NCBI GenBank assembly: GCA_044356525.1
Contig: JBIKVZ010000002.1
Coordinates: 2,612 to 66,611, forward strand
Direction: 5' to 3'
Length of the DNA stretch: 64,000 nt
DNA from: Rickettsiales bacterium
GTDB lineage: Bacteria > Pseudomonadota > Alphaproteobacteria > Rickettsiales > RGZB01
Shown here piece after piece: positions 22,401 through 32,030 of this stretch. Position numbers and translations under genes: made by a program. The notes under the pieces are model-generated. The model was given only the letters and a program-made list of their open reading frames with translations. It made no database searches and was not told the DNA's origin. The number at the start of each line of letters is the position of its first letter. Position 1 is the first letter of the stretch.

Positions 22401-24272
22401 GTGTCACGTTTGTATAAAGCTATCAAAGCTCTGCGAAATACGCCGAGTCGGATAGTTTTTAGAAATTTTTTGATTAGTGAGCGCAAAAAAAAACTACTTT
22501 TTATTAGTTTTTTTGCTTTGTCTTGTTACGCAGGCTGGGTTTTCATTCAGCCTCTTCATTCCGAAAAACAAAGTGGTGATACCCAAAAAATATCTTCCAG
22601 AAATCTGACGCCACCAGAAGTAATTTATACGAAAACCAGGATGCCCCAAATCCTTTCTACAGAAGAGCGGCAACGTTATAAGGATATTTTTTTATACCAG
22701 AAGGAAGCAGAGTGGTCGGCTGCGGATGAGCAGATTGCCTTACTGCAAAGCCCAATTTTACTAGGGCATATAAAGGCAGAGCGTTTGCTGCATGAAAAAT
22801 ATAAAAGCTCAAAAGAAGAGTTATTGGAATGGGTGGAGTCTTATCCCAACCTACCAGAGTCTTATAAAATATTTAGGTTGGCGGCTAAGCATAAACCTGA
22901 GCTTCTAAAAGCCAGTTATGAAATACGTAAGAATTATTTGTTCGGATATGGCGATGACTTTGCGTCTACCACTGGTAATACGGACGATAAGTATGACGCG
23001 GAGTATTGGGAAGGGCACAACCGTGCACAGAAAGTGTGGGGTCATATTGAAAAATTATTAGACCAAGGCCGGTTAGTGGCGGCATATAAAACAGTGCGCG
23101 GCGCAAAGGCCAAGCGTTGGCTTTCGAAGGAGGAGCAAGGCGACGCACAATGGAATGTTGCCAATGCTTTTCTGGTGAGGGGAAAAGAGAAGGCTGCTTT
23201 TTCAGTGATTCACAGCGCAGGTGAAGAAGCATGGCAAGAGATGCCGCAAATGCAGTGGATTGCGGGCATGATTGCTTGGCGAACAAACGACTGGCCTTTG
23301 GCGGTGAGGCATTTTTCAGATGTTGCAAACGCCAAAAAATTAAATAAGTGGGAAAATGCTGCGGGTGCTTATTGGGCATTTCGTGCCTATCGCGAGATGA
23401 AGGAGTTTGAAAAAGCACGCGAGATGCTTGAAAGTGCCGCCCGCTTTCCGCGCACTTTTTATGGTATTTTAGCAACCCATGCACTGGGCAAAAAGCCTAC
23501 ATTTAACTGGAATTCAGAGCCTCTTACCGTAGACGACATCGCCATGTTGATGCAAAGCCCTTATGTTCAGCGTGCGCTGGCATTTAAGGAATTGGGCTAC
23601 GGCAAGTTGGCAGAAAAGGAAATTCGTAAATTCTTTCCCAAGGCTTCGGAAAAAACAAAACGTAAACTGGTGGCCTTCGCGCGCGAGAACAACATGCCAA
23701 CCCTGCAAGTCGTGATGGCACGAAGAGTTGCTGGTGGTAAAGGCGGCCATATGGATGATGCGCTGAATCCTATTCCGCTCTGGAAGCCAGAAAATGGATT
23801 TAAAGTTAATCCCTCATTGCTGTTTGCAATGATAAAAAAAGAATCAGGGTTTAATCCTACAGCCAAGAGCCATAAAAACGCTATTGGTCTGATGCAAATA
23901 AAGCCTGACACGGCCAAATATATACAAAATAAAATGAAGGCTGAAAGTGGCGCTATTGATTTAACTAACCCCATTACAAACATCACTTTGGGGCAGAGCT
24001 ACATTCAATATCTGCTGCGCCATCCCACGGTGGAAGGGAACGTATTATTTATGCTGGCAGCCTATAATGCAGGTCCGGGCAGGTTAGGAGAGTGGCTAGA
24101 CGAAATGGAATTTGAGGGCGACCCGCTGATGTTCATTGAAATGCTGCCGGTACGCGAAACGCGTGACTATGTCAAACAAGCCATGGCGAATTACTGGATG
24201 TATGCCGACCGCCTCAAGGAAGAGGGCAAATCCATCGAAAGCTTGCTTCAGGGGCGCTGGCCAGTCTATTAG
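22401..24272 (+). CDS. soluble lytic murein transglycosylase (Slt family)
   Basis: 623 aa with a GTG start. C-terminal SLT domain motifs are ESGFNP, GLMQI and AYNAGPGR. Confidence 0.88.
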   Translation: MSRLYKAIKALRNTPSRIVFRNFLISERKKKLLFISFFALSCYAGWVFIQPLHSEKQSGDTQKISSRNLTPPEVIYTKTRMPQILSTEERQRYKDIFLYQKEAEWSAADEQIALLQSPILLGHIKAERLLHEKYKSSKEELLEWVESYPNLPESYKIFRLAAKHKPELLKASYEIRKNYLFGYGDDFASTTGNTDDKYDAEYWEGHNRAQKVWGHIEKLLDQGRLVAAYKTVRGAKAKRWLSKEEQGDAQWNVANAFLVRGKEKAAFSVIHSAGEEAWQEMPQMQWIAGMIAWRTNDWPLAVRHFSDVANAKKLNKWENAAGAYWAFRAYREMKEFEKAREMLESAARFPRTFYGILATHALGKKPTFNWNSEPLTVDDIAMLMQSPYVQRALAFKELGYGKLAEKEIRKFFPKASEKTKRKLVAFARENNMPTLQVVMARRVAGGKGGHMDDALNPIPLWKPENGFKVNPSLLFAMIKKESGFNPTAKSHKNAIGLMQIKPDTAKYIQNKMKAESGAIDLTNPITNITLGQSYIQYLLRHPTVEGNVLFMLAAYNAGPGRLGEWLDEMEFEGDPLMFIEMLPVRETRDYVKQAMANYWMYADRLKEEGKSIESLLQGRWPVY

Positions 24273-24288
24273 TAAGGCAGGGGGTGCC

Positions 24289-24891
24289 ATGCCAGATTAT
24301 GCATTAGAAGAGGCGATTCGCGGCCATGTCGCGGGAGTGGATGAAGCTGGACGCGGCCCATGGGCAGGCCCTGTGGTGGCCGCGGCCGTGATTTTACGCA
24401 AAAAAGAGATTCCCTCCGGTCTTCGCGATTCAAAAAAATTGTCTGCTAAAAAACGTGAGGCACTTTTTCCGATTATTATGCAGCAAGCATGGGTGGGTAT
24501 TGGCGTTAGCGAGGTAGAGGAAATCGACCGGATGAATATTCTGGAAGCAACATTGCTTGCTATGCGCCGTGCCGTGGCGGCACTACCTGTGTCGCCAGAT
24601 AAAGTGCTCGTGGACGGTAACGTAATGCCCCGACTTAACTGCCCTACAGAAACGATTATTGGCGGCGATGACAAGAGCCTTTCGATTGCAGCGGCATCCA
24701 TTGTCGCGAAAGTAACTCGCGATAATATCATGGCGAAATTGCATCATGATTACCCGCAATTCGGCTGGCTCAAAAACGCAGGCTATGGCACGGCAGACCA
24801 TATTGCTGCACTCAACCAACATGGCCCAACACCACTGCATCGAAAAAGCTTCAAACCAATCAAGGCACTGCTGATGGTGAGCGAGTCTTAG
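24289..24891 (+). CDS. rnhB: ribonuclease HII
   Basis: I place the start at the ATG at 24289 (MPDYALEE...). Motifs are VDEAGRGPWAGPVV, DSKKLS and GYGT. The longer ORF from 24136 overlaps slt. Confidence 0.93.
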   Translation: MPDYALEEAIRGHVAGVDEAGRGPWAGPVVAAAVILRKKEIPSGLRDSKKLSAKKREALFPIIMQQAWVGIGVSEVEEIDRMNILEATLLAMRRAVAALPVSPDKVLVDGNVMPRLNCPTETIIGGDDKSLSIAAASIVAKVTRDNIMAKLHHDYPQFGWLKNAGYGTADHIAALNQHGPTPLHRKSFKPIKALLMVSES

Positions 24892-24892
24892 T

Positions 24893-25222
24893 ATGACAAA
24901 AAAACAAAAAGAGCCGCCACGTGGGATGAAAACACTTGGTGGTGCATTGCACGAAGTGGTAGCGCCTGTCTATCAGGCTCGCGGTTTTGCGGAAGCAAAA
25001 TTGATTGCGGATTGGCTAAAAGTAGTGGGCGCTGAAATGGCTGAAAAAGCAACTCCATTGAAGGTAACATTTCCTCAGGGCCAGCAAGTGGATGGCACGT
25101 TGGTGATTGCGGTGCAAGGCGGCCATGCCATTGAAATACAACATTTAGAGCCTATAATTTTAGAGAAGATTGCGACCTATCTTGGATACCGGGCAGTGAG
25201 CAGGGTGAAAATTGTTCAATAA
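24893..25222 (+). CDS. DUF721 (DciA-like) protein
   Basis: 109 aa. Size and sequence pattern (W..vvG......t.p......tL.i.v......elq.....i.e.i) are typical of the DUF721 family, which includes the helicase-loader DciA. Confidence 0.65.
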   Translation: MTKKQKEPPRGMKTLGGALHEVVAPVYQARGFAEAKLIADWLKVVGAEMAEKATPLKVTFPQGQQVDGTLVIAVQGGHAIEIQHLEPIILEKIATYLGYRAVSRVKIVQ

Positions 25223-25305
25223 GGAACAAATTACTAGCGGTTTTTTGCAGCTTATGGCAAACTGCCGACTTCAAAATTCTGATTCAACGAAGTGAGGTTA
25301 GTTCT

Positions 25306-26073
25306 ATGAAGTTTGCAGCGATTTCTCTAGTTGCCCTGTTTGTGCTCTCTGCCACACCACTTCACGCGGCGGATGAAAAGAAAAAAGAAGACAGCCACGC
25401 AGGTCACAATCACACCGCCGCAAACAAAGAAATGACGCCAGAGCAAAAAGCCGCCTATGACAAAGCAGCGGCTGAGGCCAAAGTAAAAGAGCAGGAGATG
25501 CTCAAGAAAATTGCCAATCTGACGCGTGAAGATGTGTTGAAGCCAGGAAAAAATGAAGTGATGTATGGCGATAAAAACGCACCGATTACCATGATTGAAT
25601 ATGCATCATATTCATGCAATCATTGCGCCGATTTCTATAAAAAAATCTTTTCTCAGATTCAAAATAAGTACATTGATACTGGTAAAGTAAAATTCTATTA
25701 CCGCGATTTTCCGCTGAATGAACCTGCTATGCGCGCCGCGATGCTGGTGCGTTGCGCGCCAGAGAAAATGCGCAAGGCGTATGTGAAAACTATTTATAAC
25801 ACACAGGAAAAGTGGGCCTTTGAAAAAGATTTCAAAGAAAAGCTAGCAAATGTGGCCAAATTGGGTGGCATGAAACAGGAAGATTTCAATAAATGCATGG
25901 AAAACAAAAAAATAGAAGATGAAGTGCTGCTTTCTGGCTTTAAGGCCGCCAAGGTTTTGGAAATGACTTCTACCCCAACTGTGTTTATCAATGGTGAGCT
26001 GGACCAGAGCCATGATTTCGCTGCGATTGAAAAGCGCGTGGATGAGCTACTGGCAAAGGCGAAAAAAGACTAA
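25306..26073 (+). CDS. DsbA-family thiol:disulfide oxidoreductase
   Basis: Signal peptide and a thioredoxin-fold CNHC active site (YSCNHCADFY). Confidence 0.85.
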   Translation: MKFAAISLVALFVLSATPLHAADEKKKEDSHAGHNHTAANKEMTPEQKAAYDKAAAEAKVKEQEMLKKIANLTREDVLKPGKNEVMYGDKNAPITMIEYASYSCNHCADFYKKIFSQIQNKYIDTGKVKFYYRDFPLNEPAMRAAMLVRCAPEKMRKAYVKTIYNTQEKWAFEKDFKEKLANVAKLGGMKQEDFNKCMENKKIEDEVLLSGFKAAKVLEMTSTPTVFINGELDQSHDFAAIEKRVDELLAKAKKD

Positions 26074-26213
26074 AATACACCTGTTCAGAAACGTTGAATT
26101 TCAGCCTTTTATCAGAGGGTTGATTTCTTAGCTATCTTTTCTAAAGAAGTACTTGACTACGCAGGGGTGCATGCGTATGTTGCTCGCGAGTTTTTGTCCC
26201 GGGAAGATAGATA

Positions 26214-26513
26214 ATGAAAGATAAAGAAGACCTTCCCTCCCTGGAGAACTTGCAGGCCCGCATTGATGAGGTGCGTGGCGAGCAAAATCCAGAACCAAAT
26301 CGGGCGCCAGATCCAACGCGTATTGGCTTGGAGTTAGTGTCGGGTGTGGCTGTCGGGGGGGCCTTAGGGTTTTATCTTGATAAGTGGTTGGGTACCAAGC
26401 CCTTCCTTTTCATTATTCTGCTGATGCTCGGTGCAGTGGCTGGTTTCCTCAACGTATACCGCTTGGTGGCAACACCGTCGGAAGACGAGGAAAAAAGCGA
26501 AGAAAAAAAGTAA
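26214..26513 (+). CDS. atpI: ATP synthase protein I-like (AtpI/AtpR)
   Basis: 99 aa with two TM helices, immediately upstream of atpB in the F0 operon. Confidence 0.75.
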   Translation: MKDKEDLPSLENLQARIDEVRGEQNPEPNRAPDPTRIGLELVSGVAVGGALGFYLDKWLGTKPFLFIILLMLGAVAGFLNVYRLVATPSEDEEKSEEKK

Positions 26514-26520
26514 TTTTTAA

Positions 26521-27270
26521 GTGGATTCTATGGCAGGCGAAACAAGTCATGGCCCGATGCACCAGTTTGAAGTGCATCCGATTGTGCCGATAGACATTGC
26601 TGGTTTTGATATCAGCTTCACAAATGCATCTCTCTGGATGGTGCTCGCTGTGCTGAGTATTACGCTGCTGCTTGGTGTTGGTATTCGCAGTCGTGCAATG
26701 GTGCCGGGCCGCATGCAATCCATTGCAGAACTTAGCTATGAATTTATTGCCAACATGCTGCGTGAAAACGTAGGCTCTGGTGGCCGCCAGTTCTTCCCTT
26801 TCATCTTTACCCTGTTCATGTTCATCATCACCTGTAACGTGTTCGGCATGCTGCCGTATAGTTTCACGGTTACGAGCCACATTGTGGTGACGTTTGCGAT
26901 TGCAATCCTGTGCTTCTTTATCGTGATTGGTGTTGGCATTGCACGCCACGGCCTGCACTTCTTCTCGCTGTTTCTGCCTTCAGGCCTTCCGCTGGTAATG
27001 GCACCGCTGATGCTGCCGATTGAATTGATTTCGTTCCTTGCACGTCCATTCACGCTTTCTGTGCGTCTTTCCGCCAACATGCTGGCTGGTCACGCCATGA
27101 TGAAAGTGATTGCAGGTTTCGTGCTGACGCTTGGCTGGATGCTTGGCTGGATGCCGTTTTTATTCCTCGTGGTGCTCACGGGCTTTGAAATTTTCGTTGC
27201 GATTCTGCAGGCGTATATCTTTACGATTCTCGTCTGCGTGTATCTCAACGACGCAGTGAACCTGCACTAA
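26521..27270 (+). CDS. atpB: F0F1 ATP synthase subunit a
   Basis: Polytopic protein with the conserved ...LSVRLSANMLAGH... arginine helix. GTG at 26521, with an alternative ATG at 26530. Confidence 0.95.
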   Translation: MDSMAGETSHGPMHQFEVHPIVPIDIAGFDISFTNASLWMVLAVLSITLLLGVGIRSRAMVPGRMQSIAELSYEFIANMLRENVGSGGRQFFPFIFTLFMFIITCNVFGMLPYSFTVTSHIVVTFAIAILCFFIVIGVGIARHGLHFFSLFLPSGLPLVMAPLMLPIELISFLARPFTLSVRLSANMLAGHAMMKVIAGFVLTLGWMLGWMPFLFLVVLTGFEIFVAILQAYIFTILVCVYLNDAVNLH

Positions 27271-27299
27271 TCCAACCCTAAAAAAACAAGGAAAAAACA

Positions 27300-27539
27300 A
27301 TGGAACAAGTTGCAATGCAGTATGAAGCTCTGAAATTTATCGGTGCCGGTCTGACCGCTTTTGGCATGATGGGTGCCGCTATCGGCGTGGGTCTGGTGTT
27401 CTTTGCTATGCTTTCTGGCATCGCGCGCAATCCTTCTGCTGAATCCAAGCTGTCCAAGTACGTATACGTGGGTGCTGGTCTTGCTGAAGCCATGGGTCTG
27501 TTCGCACTGGTTGTGGCACTGATCATCCTGTTCGTGTAG
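27300..27539 (+). CDS. atpE: F0F1 ATP synthase subunit c
   Basis: 79-aa hairpin proteolipid with GAGLAEAMGLFALVVALIILF. Confidence 0.95.
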   Translation: MEQVAMQYEALKFIGAGLTAFGMMGAAIGVGLVFFAMLSGIARNPSAESKLSKYVYVGAGLAEAMGLFALVVALIILFV

Positions 27540-27578
27540 TTCGCGCAGGATTTACTTTTAAACGTTTAAGGTGGGGCT

Positions 27579-28055
27579 ATGCCACAACTTGATCCTTCAT
27601 CATTCATTTCCCAGCTTTTCTGGTTGGTGATTACCTTCGGGCTGCTCTATGTGGTGCTGTCGAAGGTGACATTACCCCAGATTAGCCGGGTGCTGCAGAA
27701 CCGCCAAACCCGTATCACGACGGATGTGGATAAGGCGGAATCGATGCGTAAAGAAGCCGAAAAAGTGCGCGCGGAATATGAAGCCGCACTGTCTGAAACA
27801 CGCGCAAAGTCGATGGTTGCCATCATGACGGCAAAAGCTAAGGCAGAAGAAGAAGCGGCACGCAAACGCGACGAACTGGATAAAGTCATCCAGAAGAAAC
27901 TGAGCGATGCAGACAAGAAGATGCAGGAATTACACCAGAAAGTGATGGCAGATCTTGAGCCGATGGCAGAAGATTTGGCTATGCTGGTGGTAAAACAAGT
28001 GACAGGCAAAGGCACCTCCGGTGGCCCTGCAATGAAGGAGCGAGCACATGATTAG
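27579..28055 (+). CDS. atpF2: F0F1 ATP synthase subunit b'
   Basis: 158 aa with a single N-terminal TM helix plus a long charged coiled coil. It is the first of two b-type genes, as in alphaproteobacteria. Confidence 0.88.
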   Translation: MPQLDPSSFISQLFWLVITFGLLYVVLSKVTLPQISRVLQNRQTRITTDVDKAESMRKEAEKVRAEYEAALSETRAKSMVAIMTAKAKAEEEAARKRDELDKVIQKKLSDADKKMQELHQKVMADLEPMAEDLAMLVVKQVTGKGTSGGPAMKERAHD

Positions 28056-28533
28056 TTTTGACCAGACGTTTTTTGTTGGTGCGTCGTTTGTTCTCTTTTT
28101 CCTGCTGTTTGGCAAGAAGCTGTTCACGGTGGCGGCGGCAGGTCTGGATGGCCGCGCGGCACGCATCCAGAAAGAACTGGATGACGCACTGAAGCTGAAA
28201 GAAGAAGCGCAGGCAGTGCTTGCTACCTACCAGCGCAATCAGCGCAAGGCACTTGAGGAAGTGGAAGAAATTCTGAAAAACGCTCGTTCAGAAGCTGAGC
28301 TTATTTCCAAGCAGGCCCGCCAGTCTCTTGAGCAGGAACTGAACAAGCGTACCGAAGTAGCGATGGAAAAAATCCGCCAGTCCGAAGTGCGTGTGGTCGA
28401 AGAGATCCGTAACAACACAGTAGATATCGTGATGAGCACGGCGCGCGCTGTGATTCTAGAAAACCTGAGCAAAGACGCTGCGGATGAAATGATTTCTAAA
28501 GCGATTTCCGATATTGGCCGCAAGTTTCATTAG
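28048..28533 (+). CDS. atpF: F0F1 ATP synthase subunit b
   Basis: 161 aa with an N-terminal TM helix plus a coiled coil. It overlaps atpF2 by 8 nt. Confidence 0.88.
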   Translation: MISFDQTFFVGASFVLFFLLFGKKLFTVAAAGLDGRAARIQKELDDALKLKEEAQAVLATYQRNQRKALEEVEEILKNARSEAELISKQARQSLEQELNKRTEVAMEKIRQSEVRVVEEIRNNTVDIVMSTARAVILENLSKDAADEMISKAISDIGRKFH

Positions 28534-29361
28534 CCACTGCCTTCACCTATTGCTTCGGCGTGGGTGGGTTTTCCCTGCGATTTTACTTTTATCTTTGCCG
28601 TTTGGTGAAGCCAGAGCCGCAGCATGGCTGCTCGAAAAAGGCCAGAAACAACTCATCAACAATCTTTTTTTATATCGCACGGACAAGGCGTTTCTTGCCA
28701 ACGGCGACCGGCAGCGCCAGCCAGAATTTACTAAACTCGAATAAAACCCTTATCTTGAATATGGTTGGAAAGACGATGTAAGCATAGGCCTTAGCACGAG
28801 TCTGCAGCGCTTGAGCCAGCAGGGCAGTGGTACGAATTCTGGTCTTGGTGATACGGAATTTTTGCCCGCAAACGCTTGTGGCAAAACGAACGCACCGTGC
28901 TTTCTGTGCAGCCATTGTTAAAACTGCCGGGGCTCTATGATGAAGATGAAACATTGTCACTTGGTCAAGGGCAGGTGGATGCAGAAATCCGTGCGCTAGG
29001 CGGCATTGCTTTCCCGCTTTATGGGAAGTGGCATTATTACAATCTTGAAGTGGCATACCGCCAGCGTTATGGCGCACCGTCGGATGAAATCCGTGTGAAT
29101 CAGGCACTGGGTTTGAGGGTTGCTGATGCGTGGCAGTTTGTGCTACAAAACGACAATTCTTTTGCTGTGGATAGCGATGCAATTGGCACACCGTTAAGGC
29201 TAACGAACTCTGCGGGATATGACATGGTGAAGCTTCAAGCCTCGCTGGTGCACGAATGGAATAAAAAAACGTCACTACAGCTGGGTGCATTTCAGCATGT
29301 GGCGGGCGAAAATACGGGTGCGGGCGGTGGGCTTTTAGCGTCCGTGTGGCTGAAGTTTTAA
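28514..29361 (+). pseudogene. outer-membrane beta-barrel protein gene, disrupted (in-frame TAA plus one frameshift)
   Basis: The frame from 28514 gives a signal-peptide-like start. It hits TAA at 28741-28743 and continues in the same frame (NPYLEYGWKDDVSIGLS...LGDTEF). The reading frame then shifts at the T5 run (28859-28863) into ORF 28876-29361, which ends ...GGGLLASVWLKF, with an OMP-type terminal Phe. Confidence 0.7.
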
Positions 29362-29370
29362 GGCTAAGAG

Positions 29371-31221
29371 ATGATAAAGAGAAAAGAACAGAAAGAAAAA
29401 ATTGGCGAGCTGCTGCTGAAAAAAGGCTTAGCATCACAGAAGGTGCTGACGGAAGCGTTGCGCCTGCAGAAAAAGCAGGGCGGCCGCATTGGCGACATCT
29501 TAATCGGGATGGGTGCGGTGAGCCGCTTCACGCTTTATCAGGCGCTCGCTGAACATTATAAAATTGATTTTGTGAATCTGATGGCGACACCAGCAGATAA
29601 GAATTTGATAGAAAAAAAACACCGCGATACGTTTTTGGAACATGGGTTTGTTCCGTGGAAAAAAGATGGCTCACAGATTGTGATTGCTACCACGGCTCTT
29701 GATGACAAAGTGCGCGCATGGGCTGCCGACCACTACAAGAATTACCGTTTTGTAATTACATCCCCTTATGACATTTTGTGGACGGTGAAAGCCTGTTTTG
29801 AATCGCAGGATGATGAAGATGCGCGCAACCTGCTCTGGCAGCACCAGCCGCAATTTTCGGCGAAAAAGCTATTTGCCGTGCGTCGCAGTAAGGCGGGGCT
29901 ATATGCCGCTATTGCCGCCGCTGCTGTGGCTCTTGTTTTTTGGCAAAGCACCCTGACGGCATTTTTTATCATCATGAACATGTTTTATATATTTGCGCTA
30001 GTGTTCAAGGCCATCTTCTTTTTTTATGGCTATCAGGAGCGTATGAAAGAAAAAGAAGTGCTGGTAGATGGCATGGTGGATGAAGAATTGCCAACCTATA
30101 CTTTGTTGGTGCCATTATTCCGTGAACGTGAGGCGACCATTCATAATTTGATTACTGCCGTTCGCAGGATGGATTACCCAAAGTCTAAACTTGATGTGAA
30201 GCTGATTGTAGAAATGGCCGATGAGCCGACTACACAGATTATTAAAAATCTTGGCTGCGAGAGTTATTTTGAAATTATCCGCGTACCGTATTCTTATCCA
30301 CAGACTAAACCTAAGGCGTGTAACTATGCCCTGCGTTTTGCTAAAGGTGAGTATGTAACGATTTACGATGCGGAGGATATCCCAGAGCCACAACAGCTGA
30401 AAAAAGTGATTCGTACGTTTGAGGAAAGCGCCCCTAACGTAGCTTGCGTGCAGGCGCGGCTGAATTACTACAATCGCAACGAGAACTTCCTGACTCGTAT
30501 GTTCTCCATTGAATATGCGGCATGGTTAGATTGTATGCTGCTTGGGCTTGAGAAGCTTGGCATCCCTATTCCGCTCGGCGGGACTAGCAACCACTTCCGT
30601 ACGGACATGCTACGGCGGCTCTATGCATGGGACCCCTACAACGTGACGGAAGATGCAGATTTAGGCGTCCGTTTAGCGCAAGAGGGTTTGCGCACCCGCA
30701 TTGTGAAAGCTTACACGCTGGAGGAAGCACCAGTGGATTTGAAAAACTGGCTGAAGCAACGTTCGCGCTGGATTAAGGGTTACATCCAGACCTATTTCGT
30801 ACATATGCGCCAGCCACTGGCTTTTTTACAAAAAACCGGCGTTCAGGGCTTTTTCGGCTTCCAGTTTTTTGTGGGAGCGCCATCGCTGGTATTTATAACC
30901 ATGCCATTGATTTTTATGACATCTGTGGCGTTGATGGCAGATGTGGTCGTGGCGTCCAGCGGTGTGCTTTCGCTCGCATTATTTAACCTGATTACCGGGG
31001 TAGTGTTGCATGCAGTTTTTGCGATTGTCTCTATTCGCATAAAGAATTGGAAAACAATGGAAACTTATGCCTTTTTGTTTCCTATTTATTGGGTGTTGCA
31101 CATGGCGGCAAGCTTCCGTGCAGTGGGGCAGCTTATACGCCGCCCGCATTACTGGGATAAAACCGATCATGGGCTGACCAAAATGGTGCCCGATTCTGCG
31201 CCGGATTCTGCCATTCTTTAA
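29371..31221 (+). CDS. MshEN-domain :: family-2 processive glycosyltransferase (putative c-di-GMP-regulated polysaccharide synthase)
   Basis: 616 aa. The N-terminus is a T2SS-E/MshE N-domain carrying two 24-residue c-di-GMP-binding-type motifs. TM helices follow, then a GT2 core (YDAED, TEDADLG, QRSRW) and C-terminal TM helices. Confidence 0.8.
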   Translation: MIKRKEQKEKIGELLLKKGLASQKVLTEALRLQKKQGGRIGDILIGMGAVSRFTLYQALAEHYKIDFVNLMATPADKNLIEKKHRDTFLEHGFVPWKKDGSQIVIATTALDDKVRAWAADHYKNYRFVITSPYDILWTVKACFESQDDEDARNLLWQHQPQFSAKKLFAVRRSKAGLYAAIAAAAVALVFWQSTLTAFFIIMNMFYIFALVFKAIFFFYGYQERMKEKEVLVDGMVDEELPTYTLLVPLFREREATIHNLITAVRRMDYPKSKLDVKLIVEMADEPTTQIIKNLGCESYFEIIRVPYSYPQTKPKACNYALRFAKGEYVTIYDAEDIPEPQQLKKVIRTFEESAPNVACVQARLNYYNRNENFLTRMFSIEYAAWLDCMLLGLEKLGIPIPLGGTSNHFRTDMLRRLYAWDPYNVTEDADLGVRLAQEGLRTRIVKAYTLEEAPVDLKNWLKQRSRWIKGYIQTYFVHMRQPLAFLQKTGVQGFFGFQFFVGAPSLVFITMPLIFMTSVALMADVVVASSGVLSLALFNLITGVVLHAVFAIVSIRIKNWKTMETYAFLFPIYWVLHMAASFRAVGQLIRRPHYWDKTDHGLTKMVPDSAPDSAIL

Positions 31222-31303
31222 TGGCTTGACAAACGGAGGGTGATTCGATAATTTGCACCCCTCTTTTGAAGCGTAACCGATAGAATATGTAAGTAGGGTT
31301 GTT

Positions 31304-31429
31304 ATGAAAGTCCTTAGCTCTTTAAAGTCTGCCAAGAAACGCGATAAGAACTGCCGCGTTGTGCGCCGCAAGGGCCGCGTGTATGTAATCAACAAGACCA
31401 ACCCACGCTTCAAAGCGCGTCAGGGCTAG
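31304..31429 (+). CDS. rpmJ: 50S ribosomal protein L36
   Basis: Not in the ORF track because it is shorter than 60 aa. ATG at 31304 gives [41 protein letters not shown] (41 aa), a typical non-zinc L36 paralogue type. Confidence 0.9.
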   Translation: MKVLSSLKSAKKRDKNCRVVRRKGRVYVINKTNPRFKARQG

Positions 31430-31455
31430 TCCTTAGCTGCATTAGCATCGGCTAG

Positions 31456-31500
31456 AAAAACCACACCCCCGCAGGTGACTGCGGGGGTGGTTTTATTTTG
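31456..31500. terminator. Rho-independent terminator (bidirectional)
   Basis: GAAAAACCACACCCCCGCAGGTGACTGCGGGGGTGGTTTTATTTT is a GC-rich hairpin flanked by A- and T-runs. It lies between the convergent rpmJ and the 31523 gene. Confidence 0.85.
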
Positions 31501-31522
31501 GGGCTACGCTATTTAGCGCGTA

Positions 31523-31954
31523 TTAGCGCACAAACAAATGCACTTCGTTATCTGTCACTTCCGAGCTGGTGGTGTAGCTCGTTTCATATTTGGCTTTTGG
31601 CAGGCCAATTTCACCCAGCGTAGCCATCACTTTTTTAGCATTTTCATGTGCGGCCTGCGTGCTGGCTTCATCAGCCGCGTAGCTGCCCGTGGTGGGGATT
31701 ACCGACACCAGTTCAAAGAATGCACCCGGATAAATCTGCAGCGCTTTGCGCACCACGTTATACAGCGGCATCTGGTAATAGACACTCGGGCTGTTGAAGC
31801 GGATGACCATCACAGGCTTTTCCTTGGTCATAGGCGCATCATAGGCGTTGTTGGTTTCCTGCAAGGCACCTGTGGCACCTGCCGGAGTTGCAGTGAAGCC
31901 AAGGCATGTTATAACGGAAGCCAAGGCCAGTGCAGAAAGTGGTTTAAAACGCAT
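31523..31954 (-). CDS. secreted hypothetical protein
   Basis: I place the start at the internal Met (MRFKPLSALALASVITCLGFTATPAGA), which gives a signal peptide. I recognise no family. Confidence 0.6.
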   Translation of the reverse strand: MRFKPLSALALASVITCLGFTATPAGATGALQETNNAYDAPMTKEKPVMVIRFNSPSVYYQMPLYNVVRKALQIYPGAFFELVSVIPTTGSYAADEASTQAAHENAKKVMATLGEIGLPKAKYETSYTTSSEVTDNEVHLFVR

Positions 31955-32030
31955 CGTCGTCATTCCCATCGAGTTAACGCTGATATTTGCTGGCAGCGAG
32001 CATAGTACGAACATTGATTTGTGGCAAGAT

